NCBI GenBank assembly: GCA_946625575.1
Contig: CAMOTD010000005.1
Span: 34,000 to 97,999 of the forward strand
Reading direction: 5' to 3'
DNA: 64,000 nt
Source of the DNA: an uncultured Clostridia bacterium
Lineage (GTDB): Bacteria > Bacillota > Clostridia > Christensenellales > CAG-138
Part shown: positions 62,318 through 64,000 of the stretch, in pieces
How the letters are laid out: each line of letters opens with the position of its first letter
Numbering within the stretch: the first letter of the stretch is position 1
Program-made: the position numbers and the translations under genes
The notes under the pieces: model-generated
What the model was told of the DNA's origin: nothing
Database searches by the model: none
Seen by the model: the letters and a program-made list of their open reading frames with translations, nothing else

Positions 62318-62868
62318 AGGAATTGTCCTTGAATATCCTCGATATCGCTCAGAATTCCATACACGCCGAAGCGACCCTCGTCGAGATACTCCTTTACGAG
62401 ACGGAGGAGAGCCTTAAGCTTTCCATAATCGACGATGGCAGGGGCATGAGCGAGGAATTCCTCCAAAGGGTCACCGACCCGTTCTCCACCACCCGCACGA
62501 CGAGGAAAGTCGGCATGGGGCTCCCGCTTTTGAAGCTCGCCGCCGAACAGACCGGCGGGTACATGGAGATCACCTCGAAGGAGCGCGCGCTCTGGCCGGA
62601 TGACCACGGCACCTGCGTCACCGCCTTCTTCTACAAAAACCACCTTGATTTCACCCCCCTCGGGGACGTCATATCGACGGTGGTATCGCTCGTGCAGGGC
62701 AGTCCCGACGTGGACTTCCGCTTTGTGCATGAGCTGCCCGACCGCACAGTCGAGCTCGATACGCGCGAGCTTCGCGAGGTGCTGGGGGACGATATCCCCC
62801 TATCCTCTCCCGAGATACTCGTGTGGATCCGCTCCTCGCTCATGGAGCAGTACGGAGAGGGCGAATGA
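62314..62868 (+). CDS. GHKL ATPase-domain protein (HATPase_c)
   Basis: LNILDIAQNSIHA (N box), IIDDGRGM (G1), TRKVGMGLPLLK (G2). ATGA overlap with the PHP gene. Confidence 0.75.
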   Translation: MKELSLNILDIAQNSIHAEATLVEILLYETEESLKLSIIDDGRGMSEEFLQRVTDPFSTTRTTRKVGMGLPLLKLAAEQTGGYMEITSKERALWPDDHGTCVTAFFYKNHLDFTPLGDVISTVVSLVQGSPDVDFRFVHELPDRTVELDTRELREVLGDDIPLSSPEILVWIRSSLMEQYGEGE

Positions 62869-62947
62869 ATCTCTTTATGACCCGGGGGATCTCCCCTCGG
62901 TTAAACATTTAACAAAATCAAAATCACCCGAGAAAGGAAAAGTGATT

Positions 62948-63316
62948 ATGAAATCTTTGGAAGAACTCAAAGCAATCCGCGAAAGGATGCAGAACAAGGT
63001 CATCCTTCGTGAGGGCAGTGCCGAGAAGCGCATAGTCGTCGGCATGGCTACCTGCGGTATCGCCGCGGGCGCCCGTCCCGTCCTCAACACCTTCGTTGAG
63101 GAGATCGCAAACCGCAACCTCACCGGTAAGGTAGAGGTCGGTCAGACCGGCTGCATCGGCATGTGCCGTTTCGAGCCGATCGTCGAAGTCTTCGAGGGCG
63201 ACCAGCGCGTTACCTACGTTCACGTCGATCCCGCCAAGGCTAAGGAGATCGTCGAGAAGCACATCGTGGGCGGTCAGCCCATCGTCGAGTACACCATCGG
63301 CGCTGCGGAAAAATAA
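62948..63316 (+). CDS. thioredoxin-like [2Fe-2S] ferredoxin domain protein
   Basis: Start at MKSLEEL (GAAAGGAAAAG RBS). VVGMATCGIAAGA...TGCIGMCRFEPIV. Confidence 0.8.
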   Translation: MKSLEELKAIRERMQNKVILREGSAEKRIVVGMATCGIAAGARPVLNTFVEEIANRNLTGKVEVGQTGCIGMCRFEPIVEVFEGDQRVTYVHVDPAKAKEIVEKHIVGGQPIVEYTIGAAEK

Positions 63317-63331
63317 CGGAGGTATAAATAA

Positions 63332-64000
63332 ATGATTCGTACACACGTTTTGATTTGCGGCGGCACCGGCTGCACCAGCGGCGGCTCCCAGGCGATCGCC
63401 GACGGTCTCAAAGTCGAGCTTGAGAGGCTCGGTCTTCAGGACGAAGTCCAGGTCATCCGCACCGGCTGCTTCGGTCTCTGCGCCATGGGTCCCATCATGA
63501 TCGTTTATCCCGAGGGCACCTATTACAGCCGTGTAAAGCCCGAGGACGTTAAGGAGATCGCAGAGGAGCACTTCCTCAAGGGCCGTATCGTTGAGCGTCT
63601 CGTCCATAAGGAAAAAGAGGGTCAGAAGCTTGCCGACGTTCCCGCTCTCGGCGAGACCAACTTCTATAAGACCCAGATGCGCGTCGCGCTCCGCAACTGC
63701 GGCGTCATCAATCCCGAGAACATCGAAGAGTACATCGCCATGGACGGCTACGCCGCTCTGGGCAAGGTGCTTACCGAGATGACCCCCGCTGAGGTCATCG
63801 ACGTTATGAAGAAGTCCGGCCTCAGGGGCCGCGGCGGCGCAGGCTTCCCCACCGGCATGAAGTGGCAGTTCGCCGCTGCGAACCAGGCCGATCAGAAGTA
63901 CGTCGTATGTAACGCTGACGAGGGCGACCCCGGCGCGTTCATGGACCGTTCCGTTCTTGAGGGCGACCCCCACGCCGTTCTCGAGGCTATGGCGATCGCC
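63332..64000 (+). CDS. NuoF-like NADH-binding FMN/Fe-S subunit of the bifurcating hydrogenase (HydB-type), 3' end outside the window
   Basis: Not in the ORF track because no stop occurs before the window end. My translation: MIRTHVLICGGTGCTSGG...CFGLCAMGP...SGLRGRGGAGFPTGMKW...VVCNADEGDPGAFMDR. GGAGG RBS. Confidence 0.85.
   Translation, partial: MIRTHVLICGGTGCTSGGSQAIADGLKVELERLGLQDEVQVIRTGCFGLCAMGPIMIVYPEGTYYSRVKPEDVKEIAEEHFLKGRIVERLVHKEKEGQKLADVPALGETNFYKTQMRVALRNCGVINPENIEEYIAMDGYAALGKVLTEMTPAEVIDVMKKSGLRGRGGAGFPTGMKWQFAAANQADQKYVVCNADEGDPGAFMDRSVLEGDPHAVLEAMAIA

Overview
The window is about 60% G+C and reads like chromosome from a Gram-positive anaerobe. I infer a high-GC Clostridia or Oscillospiraceae-type organism from GGAGG-type ribosome-binding sites, a dockerin-bearing protease, an [FeFe]-hydrogenase operon and type VIIb secretion genes. 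Gene density is high and genes sit on both strands.

Main blocks, in order:
- 1-4.0 kb: a visibly AT-richer T7SSb effector cassette. It holds a 5'-truncated glycine-zipper membrane protein, a 2-TM protein, a TPR protein and two WXG100 proteins.
- 4.3-5.2 kb: a DUF2975/YozG-type pair.
- 5.2-6.2 kb: a STAS protein plus an unknown partner.
- 6.4-7.5 kb: an M42 peptidase, followed by a decayed AraC gene.
- 8.1-12.6 kb: a 940-aa Fe-S/FAD oxidoreductase translationally coupled to hypB-hypB-hypA.
- 13.0-16.0 kb: an S8 protease with a dockerin.
- 16.2-22.4 kb: a TetR-controlled flavin/redox accessory cluster that ends in two pseudogenes.
- 22.6-25.5 kb: tRNA-Arg(CCT) followed by tandem copies of its own 3' end, next to a free-standing reverse transcriptase that overlaps a GNAT gene.
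- 25.5-32.4 kb: membrane-lipid and miscellaneous genes.
- 33.1-41.3 kb: citrate lyase genes citDEF, a DUF559 insertion, then citC, a TPR gene, citXG, murI and a nudix gene.
- 41.3-45.8 kb: trxB and clpB.
- 46.0-49.9 kb: an RHH gene and a small phage-like module.
- 50.0-53.1 kb: a MacB-type ABC exporter.
- 53.1-57.0 kb: the feo locus with a divergent DtxR-family regulator.
- 57.2-58.2 kb: a macro-HTH fusion protein.
- 58.5-64.0 kb: the start of an electron-bifurcating [FeFe]-hydrogenase operon with embedded regulatory genes.

Observations most worth follow-up:
- the RT/GNAT/tRNA locus;
- the hyp genes coupled to a non-hydrogenase flavoprotein;
- a two-hairpin tandem-repeat family in the leaders of citC and clpB;
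- a dispersed 23-nt motif;
- the T7SS toxin candidate.

All functional calls rest on motifs I recognise by eye. No database search was run.
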